Assembly: GCA_964035575.1 (NCBI GenBank)
Contig: OZ037841.1
Span: forward strand, 1,736,001-1,800,000
DNA: 64,000 bases
Direction: 5' to 3'
DNA from: Rhynchopus sp. YZ270_cl-10
Lineage: Eukaryota
Every line of letters starts with the position of its first letter. Positions within the stretch are counted from its first letter, which is position 1. The translations under genes and the position numbers were made by a program. Below, in pieces: positions 50,101-59,762 of the stretch. The notes below the pieces were generated by a model. The model searched no databases. It had not been told where the DNA came from and worked only from the letters and a program-made list of their open reading frames with translations.

Positions 50101-50939
50101 CCACCAGTGCTGTGTACAAGTTTGCGTTTGGGACAGACATCTGGGTGTCACGACAGAGCTACTTTGCAGAGAAGTACGGGAACTGCTTTGAGAGCGTGAA
50201 GCCGACGTGTCTGTGGTACATCCTGTGTGAGCTTGCGGTGATTCTGTGTCTGTCGCTGTTGTCTGGATGGCAGCCCACCTCTGTTGGGTCCTGCAACACA
50301 CGCAACATCTTCATCACGATTCTGCTGGTGCTGTTCTTTGTTGCAACAGTTGTCAAACGTCCGTTTTTGTCTGCGATGGACAACTTGATTGCTGTTGTGC
50401 TGAGTGTTCTTATGGCTTCAGCAGTGTTGGGGATGACGATAGCTATTGCGGCAGAGTCATCTAAGGACAGTGCACTGTACGCAATCAGCAGTGTGTGTCT
50501 TTTGGTCTCTGCACTGATGGTGATGGTTAAGTGTTTGTGGGACTTTGGGATCTACGTCATGGATTTGCTGATCTCACGTCGCAGTGGTGCACGTGAACAG
50601 GCGAGGTGTCAGGACACAGTGCTGGTGAAGAATGATTTTGAGCTGGAGCTCGTGTCGGAGGCACTGAGATCCGAAGATTCGTTTAGTGGCGCACCATACA
50701 CTGCGCAGCCGTCGTGTGGCCTGATGGATGGGTCTAGCACATCGTCGTTTCCTGAGACCCCACAGAAACAAGACACTGCAGTACTCTCGCACAGTTCTAC
50801 ACTGAACTCCTCCCGATATGACGGACTGCCGCAGTCTGGTGTTGAACATTCTGGAGCGGTGTTCCCGTTGAGTGATTCTGCACGACGCAAGCAGAGCAGG
50901 AGGGCGATTCTGCAGAACAAGGCCAGGCTGTGGTGTTAG
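47184..50939 (+). CDS. Multi-TM surface protein, paralog 5: different signal peptide, one LamG-like domain, long (PTAV)n stalk, ~7-TM core
   Basis: Likely ATG 47184 (MRAFLFTLAFVSV); its domain matches domain 2 of paralog 4; conserved TM core. Confidence 0.87.
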   Translation: MRAFLFTLAFVSVHPSPPTPAPIPTAMPCTRDIVTVAQFTDKDNRQLPVLPSEETLFGGVIQVDMDVIINAYTNYGRFVDIGNGVSSDNLIIGQYKDTGYLYVSCTWTDPKLRVIYETQLPLGEMFHLRVICVPIDDATSTYYVYINDVFVIEGPSEALRYVTRSHFLIGVSSFTIGSIPHIDLDGSVTNYMMVMCPEETPAPPTAIPTAVPTAVPTAVPTAVPTAVPTAVPTAVPTAVPTAVPTAVPTAVPTAVPTAVPTAVPTAVPTAVPTAVPTAVPTAVPTAVPTAVPTAVPTAVPTAVPTAVPTAVPTAVPTAVPTAVPTAVPTAVPTAVPTAVPTAVPTAVPTAVPTAVPTAVPTAVPTAVPTAVPTAVPTAVPTAVPTAVPTAVPTAVPTAVPTAVPTAVPTAVPTAVPTAVPTAVPTAVPTAVPTAVPTAVPTAVPTAVPTAVPTAVPTAVPTAVPTAVPTAVPTAVPTAVPTAVPTAVPTAVPTAVPTAVPTAVPTAVPTAVPTAVPTAVPTAVPTAVPTAVPTAVPTAVPTAVPTAVPTAVPTAVPTAVPTAVPTAVPTAVPTAVPTAVPTAVPTAVPTAVPTAVPTAVPTAVPTAVPTAVPTAVPTAVPTAVPTAVPTAVPTAVPTAVPTAVPTAVPTAVPTAVPTAVPTAVPTAVPTAVPTAVPTAVPTAVPTAVPTAVPTAVPTAEPTALPTALPTAEPTAIPTAAPTATPTTPAPPTSAPLTPAPRTLAPHTTTPPTVPPATPAPTETTTTAPLLRDTPTSGIKASVKEDLKKVNTAAGAAAVLGGGAGNAGKLTVLNSFGCQMDDVDVGEDPLDWDFHPTTISLGSAVGRYKLAAMVMNPVVVMCIALLVLCAAAVMQATLGYGREKAISVTRFPGILYVPYLFLLQGTSLVAAQVVFDPSRYPTMVAVLSYVTLALCLLSPVLLYTAVLRHVKREAELFPDPAIVGNPATGEPGKRSTSAVYKFAFGTDIWVSRQSYFAEKYGNCFESVKPTCLWYILCELAVILCLSLLSGWQPTSVGSCNTRNIFITILLVLFFVATVVKRPFLSAMDNLIAVVLSVLMASAVLGMTIAIAAESSKDSALYAISSVCLLVSALMVMVKCLWDFGIYVMDLLISRRSGAREQARCQDTVLVKNDFELELVSEALRSEDSFSGAPYTAQPSCGLMDGSSTSSFPETPQKQDTAVLSHSSTLNSSRYDGLPQSGVEHSGAVFPLSDSARRKQSRRAILQNKARLWC
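47805..49275 (+). repeat. Coding 12-bp tandem repeat, (PTAV)n stalk with mixed synonymous variants
   Basis: CCAACAGCAGTG, CCCACAGCCGTG, CCAACTGCAGTA and similar units in recurring higher-order blocks. Confidence 0.95.
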
Positions 50940-52792
50940 CAGCTGAATGGTCAGCTGTAGCACAACTTTATGGGTTATATGTGTTAAACAGTTCGTTTTG
51001 AGCACTTCCCTAGCCGGTATCGTGGAGACACTGGTTGAGTGATACTACGTGGGTGCTGGGATCATGGGAACATAAATAAAACGCGTTATTGCGGTAAATA
51101 GTGAGTGGCATGTGTATACTTCATAAAACACTGTGTTGTCGAAAATGCAGTGCTTCCTGTCTTTTCTCTATGAGAAAACAGTTTTTTTACAAGGAAAGCA
51201 AATGTCTGCAGTCCTGACCCCTGACCCCGACCCTTCTTCGTGAGTCGGGTTCGGTAAGTGTGTTCATAGTAACATGTCAGGACCTCTGCAGAGCACGTCT
51301 TTGTGCACTGCCGCTCTCTCTCTCTTTGTTGTATTGAAACTGCTATTTGCGCACAAGCGGAACGATAGCTGTCTCGTCTTCAAGGCTTCTTACTTTTGAA
51401 TCTGCTGAGATCGCCTTTTGCTCCGAGAGCGCTGCTCATCTCATGATACACCATCCATGCGTGAGTGCATATATTTTGACGTGGGTATTTTCTATGCAGA
51501 CTATTGCCCATTGTTTTTACGTGTCTCGCTTGCGAAAAGCATGTACTGTTAAGTTAGCGGGAACAGCACATTCACACTTTGTCTTTTTGTCATTTTTGTT
51601 TTTTTGAGTTTTTTTCTTTCTTTTCTTCTCGAGGGTAGGTAGCTTGCATTAGCTAGTTGCTGGGAAGATTAATCATGCTCTGTATTTTTTCCTGGGGTTG
51701 TTTTTTTATATTGCCGTGCACTGCTTGTTTATACGACATCTTCAAACCAACAAAACCAATCACCCTGGACTCAATCACAAAGGCGTCGGGTTGCCATTTG
51801 TTCCAAGTGGCACTCCATGTCGTTGTGCAAATGCTTTCAAAATAGAGAAAGTAAAGCGTCTCATTTATTTCTGATCTCATTTTCCATTCAGGGGAAAGCC
51901 TTTGGCGTTATGCGCTGGAGACAGTTGGTCATTAGTATCTTTTCCTTAAGCAGTTCACACGTTTCCCTCCCACCCGCATCCCACCCACCCCTGTCCTGTT
52001 CCAGCTTCTGCTCCTTGGCAGTGCTGGATCATTCTGATCGTTGTCCAGTGAGCAGTGCCACGTGCACCCTCAAAAGTGTCTGTTGTGCTGTGCCAGGACA
52101 CATCAACTCTCCCCTCCCTCAAGAATGCTCTCCTGATCATTCCTATCCCTTGCCTGTCTGCTGTCTGCTGAAAATGGATGTCCACTTCAGCAAGAAAGAC
52201 ACAAACAAGTAACAGATAACATTTCTTCGTTCACACCTATGCGATGTGCTTTTCGCATCACGACACAAGGTTACTTCATCGGATCCACACAGGTGCCCTG
52301 CACCTGGTCTGTGTCAGGTCCAAACAGAGAAAGAATAAAATTGAAACCGCACTCCCATTTTTCCTTTTTGTGTTTCCCCACAAACAATCAAACGATACCT
52401 ACCCCCCCCCAGGCTGCGTAATAAGGGAGGTGGCCTGGGTCTGGGCTTCTGGGTTTTGGGGATTTTTTGTGGTAATTTTTGTCATTCCACCTGATTTGCA
52501 AAAAACGGCAAACCCTCCCAACGCCTCCCAACGCCTCCCAACGCCCTCCCAACACCTCCCAACGCCTCCCAACACCTCCCAACACCCCTCCAATTTAGCC
52601 CGAATTTTGGGATTTTTTTTTTTGGGGGTGTTCTGTACCCCCTTCTGGAGGGGGTTCCAGGGTGGGGTCCCGGTTCCAAAGTCAAACAAAAAAATAGTGG
52701 CAAAGGCAAAGTGGAAATTTGGGAAAAAAGCGAAAAATGTATTAATTTAGATGCCCTCCAAGGGAAAATCCCGACCTCTGGTGCTGTACTGC

Positions 52793-53155
52793 TACTGTGT
52801 ACTGTGTACTGTGTACTGTGTACTGTGTACTGTGTACTGTGTACTGTGTACTGTGTACTGTGTACTGTGTACTGTGTACTGTGTACTGTGTACTGTGTAC
52901 TGTGTACTGTGTACTGTGTACTGTGTACTGTGTACTGTGTACTGTGTACTGTGTACTGTGTACTGTGTACTGTGTACTGTGTACTGTGTACTGTGTACTG
53001 TGTACTGTGTACTGTGTACTGTGTACTGTGTACTGTGTACTGTGTACTGTGTACTGTGTACTGTGTACTGTGTACTGTGTACTGTGTACTGTGTACTGTG
53101 TACTGTGTACTGTGTACTGTGTACTGTGTACTGTGACTGTGTACTGTGTACTGTG
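52793..53155. repeat. (TACTGTG)n 7-bp satellite, ~51 copies
   Basis: Near-perfect tandem array. Confidence 0.97.
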
Positions 53156-53204
53156 CGGAAATTGACCAAAAACGAGAACTGTACTGTACTGTACTCCCAA
53201 TCCC

Positions 53205-53452
53205 CTGTGTATACTGTGTATACTGTGTATACTGTGTATACTGTGTATACTGTGTATACTGTGTATACTGTGTATACTGTGTATACTGTGTATACTGTGT
53301 ATACTGTGTATACTGTGTATACTGTGTATACTGTGTATACTGTGTATACTGTGTATACTGTGTATACTGTGTATACTGTGTATACTGTGTATACTGTGTA
53401 TACTGTGTATACTGTGTATACTGTGTATACTGTGTATACTGTGTATACTGTG
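53205..53452. repeat. (CTGTGTATA)n 9-bp satellite, ~27 copies
   Basis: Perfect tandem array. Confidence 0.97.
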
Positions 53453-53970
53453 CAGTGTGAGAAAATTGTTCATGTATGTACTCAGAACTTGTCCATTTCG
53501 GCAAATTGACCCCACCACAGCGAGGACGGATTCCGGAAATGACAATGCAGGTGTTTAAAAACTTCACCAACGAGAAAAAGGCTCACGCCGGTGGGAAAAA
53601 AAGTGCCTCACCTCCCAACGCCCGCCAACACCTCCCAACGCCTCCCAACACCTCCCAACGCCTCCCAACACCTCCCAACACCTCCCAACAGCCAGCTAAT
53701 TCAGGTGGTCATTTCATATTTTGTGAAAATAAACCAAGAACTTGTCCATTTCGGAAAATTGATCTCATCACAGAACGGACAGATTCCGAAAATGCAATCA
53801 TGTTTCGCGTTGTCTTGTGGCACAATACTGCAGAAATGGCACCTTGCTCTTTGATGTCTTTCAAGTCGCACATATGACTTTCATCATCCTCACACATCCA
53901 CACGCCCACATCAACAGATACATGGGTTGGGCCTTCCTCCCACAAACAACGCTGCTGCAGCAACAGAACA

Positions 53971-56900
53971 ATGCGAGGACACACCATGTACGCCGCAGTC
54001 GTCTTTTTACTGCTTGTGTGTGAAGTGGTGTCGCAGCCGACTGAAATACCGTGTGATCGGGCCGTTGTGACTGTGGTGCAGTTCACAGACAAGGATAACA
54101 TTCAGCTCCCCGTGCCGCCAACTGAGGAGACACTGTTTGGGGGTGTGATTCAGGTTGACATGGACGTTATTATCAATGCATACACCACATATGGTCGTTT
54201 TGTGGAGTTTGCAAATGGTCAGAGCAGCGACAACTTTATGATTGGACAGTTCGGAACTGCAGGGGAAATGTACGTATCTTCCACTTGGTCAACAAAGCGG
54301 CAACGTGTTGCTTACAGTACCCCCTTGCCGTTGGGACAGAAGTTTCACGTTCGGGTCGTTGTTGTCCCCATTGACACTGCGACAGCAAACTACTACTTAT
54401 ATCTTGATGGCACGCTTGTAGCCGACGGCGTCAGTGAGGCACTCAGATACGTCACTCGCTCCATGTTATTGATTGGCACAAGTACCTTTTATAATGCCCC
54501 TACCACCCCCCATGTCGACCTCGACGGGAGTGTCACTGATGGTATCCTGAAAATGTGTCCTGAAGCTACACCTGCACCACCTACAGCTATTCCTACTGTC
54601 GCACCTACAGCAGTGCCCACAGCAGTGCCCACAGCAGTGCCCACAGCAGTGCCCACAGCAGTGCCCACAGCAGTGCCCACAGCAGTGCCCACAGCAGTGC
54701 CCACAGCAGTGCCCACAGCAGTGCCCACAGCAGTGCCCACAGCAGTGCCCACAGCAGTGCCCACAGCAGTGCCCACAGCAGTGCCCACAGCAGTGCCCAC
54801 AGCAGTGCCCACAGCAGTGCCCACAGCAGTGCCAACAGCAGTACCGACAGCAGTGCCAACAGCAGTGCCCACAGCAGTGCCCACAGCAGTGCCCACAGCA
54901 GTGCCCACAGCAGTGCCCACAGCAGTGCCCACAGCAGTGCCCACAGCAGTGCCAACAGCAGTGCCCACAGCAGTGCCCACAGCAGTGCCCACAGCAGTGC
55001 CAACAGCAGTACCGACAGCAGTGCCAACAGCAGTGCCCACAGCAGTGCCCACAGCAGTGCCCACAGCAGTGCCCACAGCAGTGCCCACAGCAGTGCCCAC
55101 AGCAGTGCCCACAGCAGTGCCCACAGCAGTGCCCACAGCAGTGCCCACAGCAGTGCCCACAGCAGTGCCGACAGCAGTGCCAACAGCAGTGCCAACAGCA
55201 GTGCCAACAGCAGTGCCAACAGCAGTACCGACAGCAGTGCCAACAGCAGTGCCCACAGCAGTGCCCACAGCAGTGCCCACAGCAGTGCCCACAGCAGTGC
55301 CCACAGCAGTGCCAACAGCAGTACCGACAGCAGTGCCAACAGCAGTGCCCACAGCAGTGCCCACAGCAGTGCCCACAGCAGTGCCCACAGCAGTGCCCAC
55401 AGCAGTGCCCACAGCAGTGCCCACAGCAGTGCCCACAGCAGTGCCAACAGCAGTGCCAACAGCAGTGCCAACAGCAGTGCCAACAGCAGTGCCAACAGCA
55501 GTGCCAACAGCAGTGCCAACAGCAGTGCCAACAGCAGTGCCAACAGCAGTGCCAACAGCAGTGCCAACAGCAGTGCCCACAGCAGTGCCAACAGCAGTGC
55601 CCACAGCAGTGCCAACAGCAGTGCCAACAGCAGTGCCAACAGCAGTGCCAACAGCAGTGCCCACAGCAGTGCCAACAGCAGTGCCCACAGCAGTGCCAAC
55701 AGCAGTGCCAACAGCAGTGCCAACAGCAGTGCCAACAGCAGTGCCAACAGCAGTGCCCACAGCAGTGCCAACAGCAGTGCCCACAGCAGTGCCAACAGCA
55801 GTGCCAACAGCAGTGCCAACAGCAGTGCCAACAGCAGTGCCAACAGCAGTGCCAACAGCAGTGCCAACAGCAGTGCCAACAGCAGTGCCAACAGCAGTGC
55901 CAACAGCAGTGCCAACAGCAGTGCCAACAGCAGTGCCCACAGCAGTGCCAACAGCAGTGCCCACAGCAGTGCCAACAGCAGTGCCAACAGCAGTGCCCAC
56001 AGCAGTACCAACAACAGTGCCAACAACAGTACCCACAGCAGTACCAACTGCAGTGTCAACAGCTGAACCTACTGCGCTACCGACTAATTTGCCCACAGCT
56101 GAACCCACAGCAATCCCAACTGCAGCACCTACAGCAACTCCAACAACACCTGCACCACCAACACTTGCACCTCACACTACCACACCACCGACAGTACCAC
56201 CTGCAACACCAGCACCAACAGAGACGACAACAGCACCACTGCTGCGAGACACACCGACAAGCGGTATCAAAGTGTCTGTGAAGGAAGACCTGAAGAAGGC
56301 GAACACGGCTGCTGGTGCTGCAGCAGTTCTGGGTGGTGGTGCAGGGAATGCAGGGAAGTTGGCTGTGCTGAACGGCTTTGGCTGTCAAATGGACGACGTG
56401 GATGTGGGTGACGAGCCACTGGACTGGGAGTTCCACCCGACAACGATATCACTTGGGAGTGCAGTTGGGCGGTACAAGCTTGCGGCGATGGTGATGAACC
56501 CTGTGGTTGTGGTGTGCATTGCGCTGCTGGTGCTGTGTGCAGCTGCAGTCATGCAAGCAACACTGGGGTACGGACGTGAGAAGGCCATCAGTGTGACACG
56601 GTTTCCTGGGATACTGTACGTCCCATACCTGTTCTTGCTGCAGGGGACAAGCCTTGTGGCGGCACAGGTTGTGTTTGACCCTTCACGCTACCCAACAATG
56701 GTTGCAGTGCTTTCGTACGTGACACTGGCACTGTGTCTGCTGTCGCCTGTGCTGCTGTACACCGCTGTGCTGCGCCATGTGAAGAGAGAGGCGGAGCTCT
56801 TTCCAGACCCTGCGATTGTGGGGAACCCAGCGACAGGCGAGCCTGGGAAGCGTTCCACCAGTTCTGTGTACAAATTTGCGTTTGGGACAGACATCTGGGT

Positions 56901-57711
56901 GTCACGACAGAGCTACTTTGCAGAGAAGTACGGGAACTGCTTTGAGAACGTGAAGCCGACGTGTCTGTGGTACATCCTGTGTGAGCTTGCGGTGATTCTG
57001 TGTCTGTCGCTGTTGTCTGGATGGCAGCCAACCTCTGTTGGGTCTTGCAACACACGCAACATCTTCATCACGATTCTGCTGGTGCTGTTCTTTGTTGCAA
57101 CAGTTGTCAAACGTCCGTTCTTGGCTGCGATGGACAACTTGATTGCTGTTGTGCTGAGCCTGTTGCTTGCGTCTGCAGTGTTGGGGATGACGATAGCTAT
57201 TGCGGCAGAGTCATCTAAGGACAGTGCACTGTACGCAATCAGCAGTGTGTGTCTCTTGGTCTCTGCACTGATGGTGATGGTTAAGTGTTTGTGGGACTTT
57301 GGGATCTACGCCATGGATGTGCTGATCTCACGTCGCAGTGGTGCGCGTGAACAGGCGAGGTGTCAGGAAACGGGTTTACACAACGCTCTTGAGACTGAGC
57401 TCGTGTCGGATCTCGCACGCAGCCCGTCGCAGTCGTCATTTGCAGAGCGGTCGTGTATTCAGCCTTCGTCTGTTCTGATGGGGAGCAGCAGTAGGTCGTC
57501 ATACACAACACCGTTGCTTGATGTACTGCAGATGCGCGATGTGGTGTGCCTCTCCAACGTGGGAGTGTCAGGCTCTTTGACACACTCCTCTCGAGGTGAC
57601 GTACCGTTGTTTACTAGTGAACGTGCAGCAGCGCTGCTGCCTGTAGACGACTCCGCAAGAAGGAAGCAGATGCGCGATCTGCGCTTCCACCGGGAGAGAA
57701 TGTGGCTGTAG
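53971..57711 (+). CDS. Multi-TM surface protein, paralog 6: signal peptide, one LamG-like domain, (PTAV)n stalk, ~7-TM core
   Basis: 1246-aa ORF; its domain is a diverged version of domain 1 of paralog 4; conserved TM core. Confidence 0.9.
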   Translation: MRGHTMYAAVVFLLLVCEVVSQPTEIPCDRAVVTVVQFTDKDNIQLPVPPTEETLFGGVIQVDMDVIINAYTTYGRFVEFANGQSSDNFMIGQFGTAGEMYVSSTWSTKRQRVAYSTPLPLGQKFHVRVVVVPIDTATANYYLYLDGTLVADGVSEALRYVTRSMLLIGTSTFYNAPTTPHVDLDGSVTDGILKMCPEATPAPPTAIPTVAPTAVPTAVPTAVPTAVPTAVPTAVPTAVPTAVPTAVPTAVPTAVPTAVPTAVPTAVPTAVPTAVPTAVPTAVPTAVPTAVPTAVPTAVPTAVPTAVPTAVPTAVPTAVPTAVPTAVPTAVPTAVPTAVPTAVPTAVPTAVPTAVPTAVPTAVPTAVPTAVPTAVPTAVPTAVPTAVPTAVPTAVPTAVPTAVPTAVPTAVPTAVPTAVPTAVPTAVPTAVPTAVPTAVPTAVPTAVPTAVPTAVPTAVPTAVPTAVPTAVPTAVPTAVPTAVPTAVPTAVPTAVPTAVPTAVPTAVPTAVPTAVPTAVPTAVPTAVPTAVPTAVPTAVPTAVPTAVPTAVPTAVPTAVPTAVPTAVPTAVPTAVPTAVPTAVPTAVPTAVPTAVPTAVPTAVPTAVPTAVPTAVPTAVPTAVPTAVPTAVPTAVPTAVPTAVPTAVPTAVPTAVPTAVPTAVPTAVPTAVPTAVPTAVPTTVPTTVPTAVPTAVSTAEPTALPTNLPTAEPTAIPTAAPTATPTTPAPPTLAPHTTTPPTVPPATPAPTETTTAPLLRDTPTSGIKVSVKEDLKKANTAAGAAAVLGGGAGNAGKLAVLNGFGCQMDDVDVGDEPLDWEFHPTTISLGSAVGRYKLAAMVMNPVVVVCIALLVLCAAAVMQATLGYGREKAISVTRFPGILYVPYLFLLQGTSLVAAQVVFDPSRYPTMVAVLSYVTLALCLLSPVLLYTAVLRHVKREAELFPDPAIVGNPATGEPGKRSTSSVYKFAFGTDIWVSRQSYFAEKYGNCFENVKPTCLWYILCELAVILCLSLLSGWQPTSVGSCNTRNIFITILLVLFFVATVVKRPFLAAMDNLIAVVLSLLLASAVLGMTIAIAAESSKDSALYAISSVCLLVSALMVMVKCLWDFGIYAMDVLISRRSGAREQARCQETGLHNALETELVSDLARSPSQSSFAERSCIQPSSVLMGSSSRSSYTTPLLDVLQMRDVVCLSNVGVSGSLTHSSRGDVPLFTSERAAALLPVDDSARRKQMRDLRFHRERMWL
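54604..56055 (+). repeat. Coding 12-bp tandem repeat, (PTAV)n stalk
   Basis: Mostly CCC-type units in the 5' half and CCA-type units in the 3' half. Confidence 0.95.
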
Positions 57712-58769
57712 ATTTATTGTAACGTGTCAGCAGGGTTCGTGCATATTGTGCTGCAGTCAGGGATACCGGCTGCACGTGCTCAAGTGGTTTTCCGCACCTT
57801 TACGCTCCTTCCACGGTGCACCGGTCATGTCACATGAGAGATTTGTATTTCGAGTGAAACTTTTTTGCTTTTTGCGTTTTGCTTTGATGACACGGAAGAG
57901 AGTTATTTTTGGTCTGCGCAATGAAGTTTTCAGCCCTTTTTACTCGCCGTGTTGAATGTGTCATTGAACGCGGCGGAATTGAAGTTGAACAAAATAAAAC
58001 AATAATTATGCTCGCGTTTCTTTATTGAGCCATTTTCCTCTCCTTTTTTCTTCCACACGCGCTGGCTTTTGTGTTTGCTAATTTTAGTCAAAAACCTTTC
58101 CATAGTTTCAGGTGCGAAACCTTCTCCATGTGTTGCACGGGAAACAAGAGACAAACAGGTGCAGGGTGGTTCCGTGCATCATAGAACCTGGCACCTTGTG
58201 TGTCTCCCAAAATAAGTTTTGAAGTAAAAATAAAAGGATACCTCTCATTTCTGGTTTGTTTCTTTGTTTTGGTTTCTTTTGATTGTTTTTAGTGTTTGCA
58301 GCGTCCTCACCCCCTTGCAACGCTGCCTGTCCTTTTGCTACTGCTGCGTGCAGTGGTCTACATAGTATGCGTCATTCCGTTGCGTCTTTTCTTGACAGCA
58401 GTTGAGAATATGTCAACTGCTGCAAGATAAGAAACTGTTGTGGATAATGACCCTATCCCCGCAAAGGGAACTAGGTGCTATGGTTACGGGCGTAAGATCC
58501 GTACAGGCGCGCAACAAGGTGCAAACCCCAGACATCAGTGTTTTCTGCCAGAGCTATTTTTTCTTTTGTATACAAACATACGAAGCGGTACGCGTACGGT
58601 TTGTAAGGAAATAATGCAAACCGAAATGATTGGGCTCTTTCGGATTGAATGATTTGAATATTGTGTGTGTGTTAGGCTAGTTGACGTCACGGACATTTGG
58701 GTTTGGGAGGGTTTGAGAGGATTTGGGCAGATTTGGGGGGGTTTGAGAGGGTTAGTAAGGGTAGGGCAG

Positions 58770-59010
58770 GGTATGGCAGGGTTTGGCATGGTATGGCAGG
58801 GTATGGCACGGTATGGCGCGGTTTGGCACGGTATGGCAGGGTATGGCAGGGTGTGGCACAGTGTGGCACGGGTAGCCATTACCCAGTACCCAGTACCCAG
58901 TACCCAGTACCCAGTACCCAGTACCCAGTACCCAGTACCCAGTACCCAGTACCCAGTACCCAGTACCCAGTACCCAGTACCGGGAGGGTATGGCATGGTA
59001 TGGCAGGGTA
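58770..59010. repeat. Compound satellite: degenerate (GGTATGGCAG)n interrupted by (ACCCAGT)n at 58881-58981
   Basis: Tandem 10-mers and ~14 perfect 7-mers. Confidence 0.9.
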
Positions 59011-59229
59011 TTGAAAAAGTTTGTTTCAATGGTGTGGCGCCTTAACCGATTCCCCGTGTTTCTACCGGTTGTCGCTCCGTAAAGGGGGGTTCCAGATGTT
59101 GGAATTTTTTTTTTTTGTTTTCGTTGGTGAAGCTTTTAAACGGCGGTATTTGCATTTCCGGAATCCGTCCGACCAGTGGTGGGGTCAATTTGCCAAAATG
59201 GACAAGTTCTCGTTTTTGGTCAATTTCCG

Positions 59230-59367
59230 CAGTATACACAGTATACACAGTATACACAGTATACACAGTATACACAGTATACTGTGTATACTGTGTATAC
59301 ACAGTATACACAGTATACACAGTATACACAGTATACACAGTATACACAGTATACACAGTATACACAG
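59230..59367. repeat. (CAGTATACA)n 9-bp satellite with a short internal inversion
   Basis: Reverse complement of the 53205-53452 unit; orientation flips around 59278-59300. Confidence 0.92.
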
Positions 59368-59762
59368 GAATAGCTTTAGCCTACTCAAAAATGTTCCTTT
59401 ATTTTTTCTTTTAATCATATACTTGCAAAAAGACGTTGGGGTAAATCGGCTAGGCCGAGCTAGTCGAATCCGCTGGAGGCGGAGGTGAGGGAGGGAGGGA
59501 AAATACAAAAGCTTTTACGACACAAAAAGCTGAAAGGGAAAACCACCCGAACCTAATTCAGTGATGGTACGTGGTTGGCGAGGAGGTTTCCCGTTGAACA
59601 ACAACCCCAAAAAGCAAGGGGGGTTTTTGGGGGGTTACACGTTTTAGTTTCGGCTTTGCTATTCCCTCGGTAAACCCCAAGAATAGCTTTAGCCTACTCA
59701 AAAATGTTCCTTTATTTTTTCTTTTAATCATATACTTGCAAAAAGACGTTGGGGTAAATCGG

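Noticed and set aside
52482..53570. ORFs reading TQYTVHS, VYCVLCT or HSI repeats
   Set aside because: Translations of the 7-bp and 9-bp satellites.
58881..58981. (ACCCAGT)n as a telomeric repeat
   Set aside because: Short, interstitial, embedded in another satellite and not TTAGGG.
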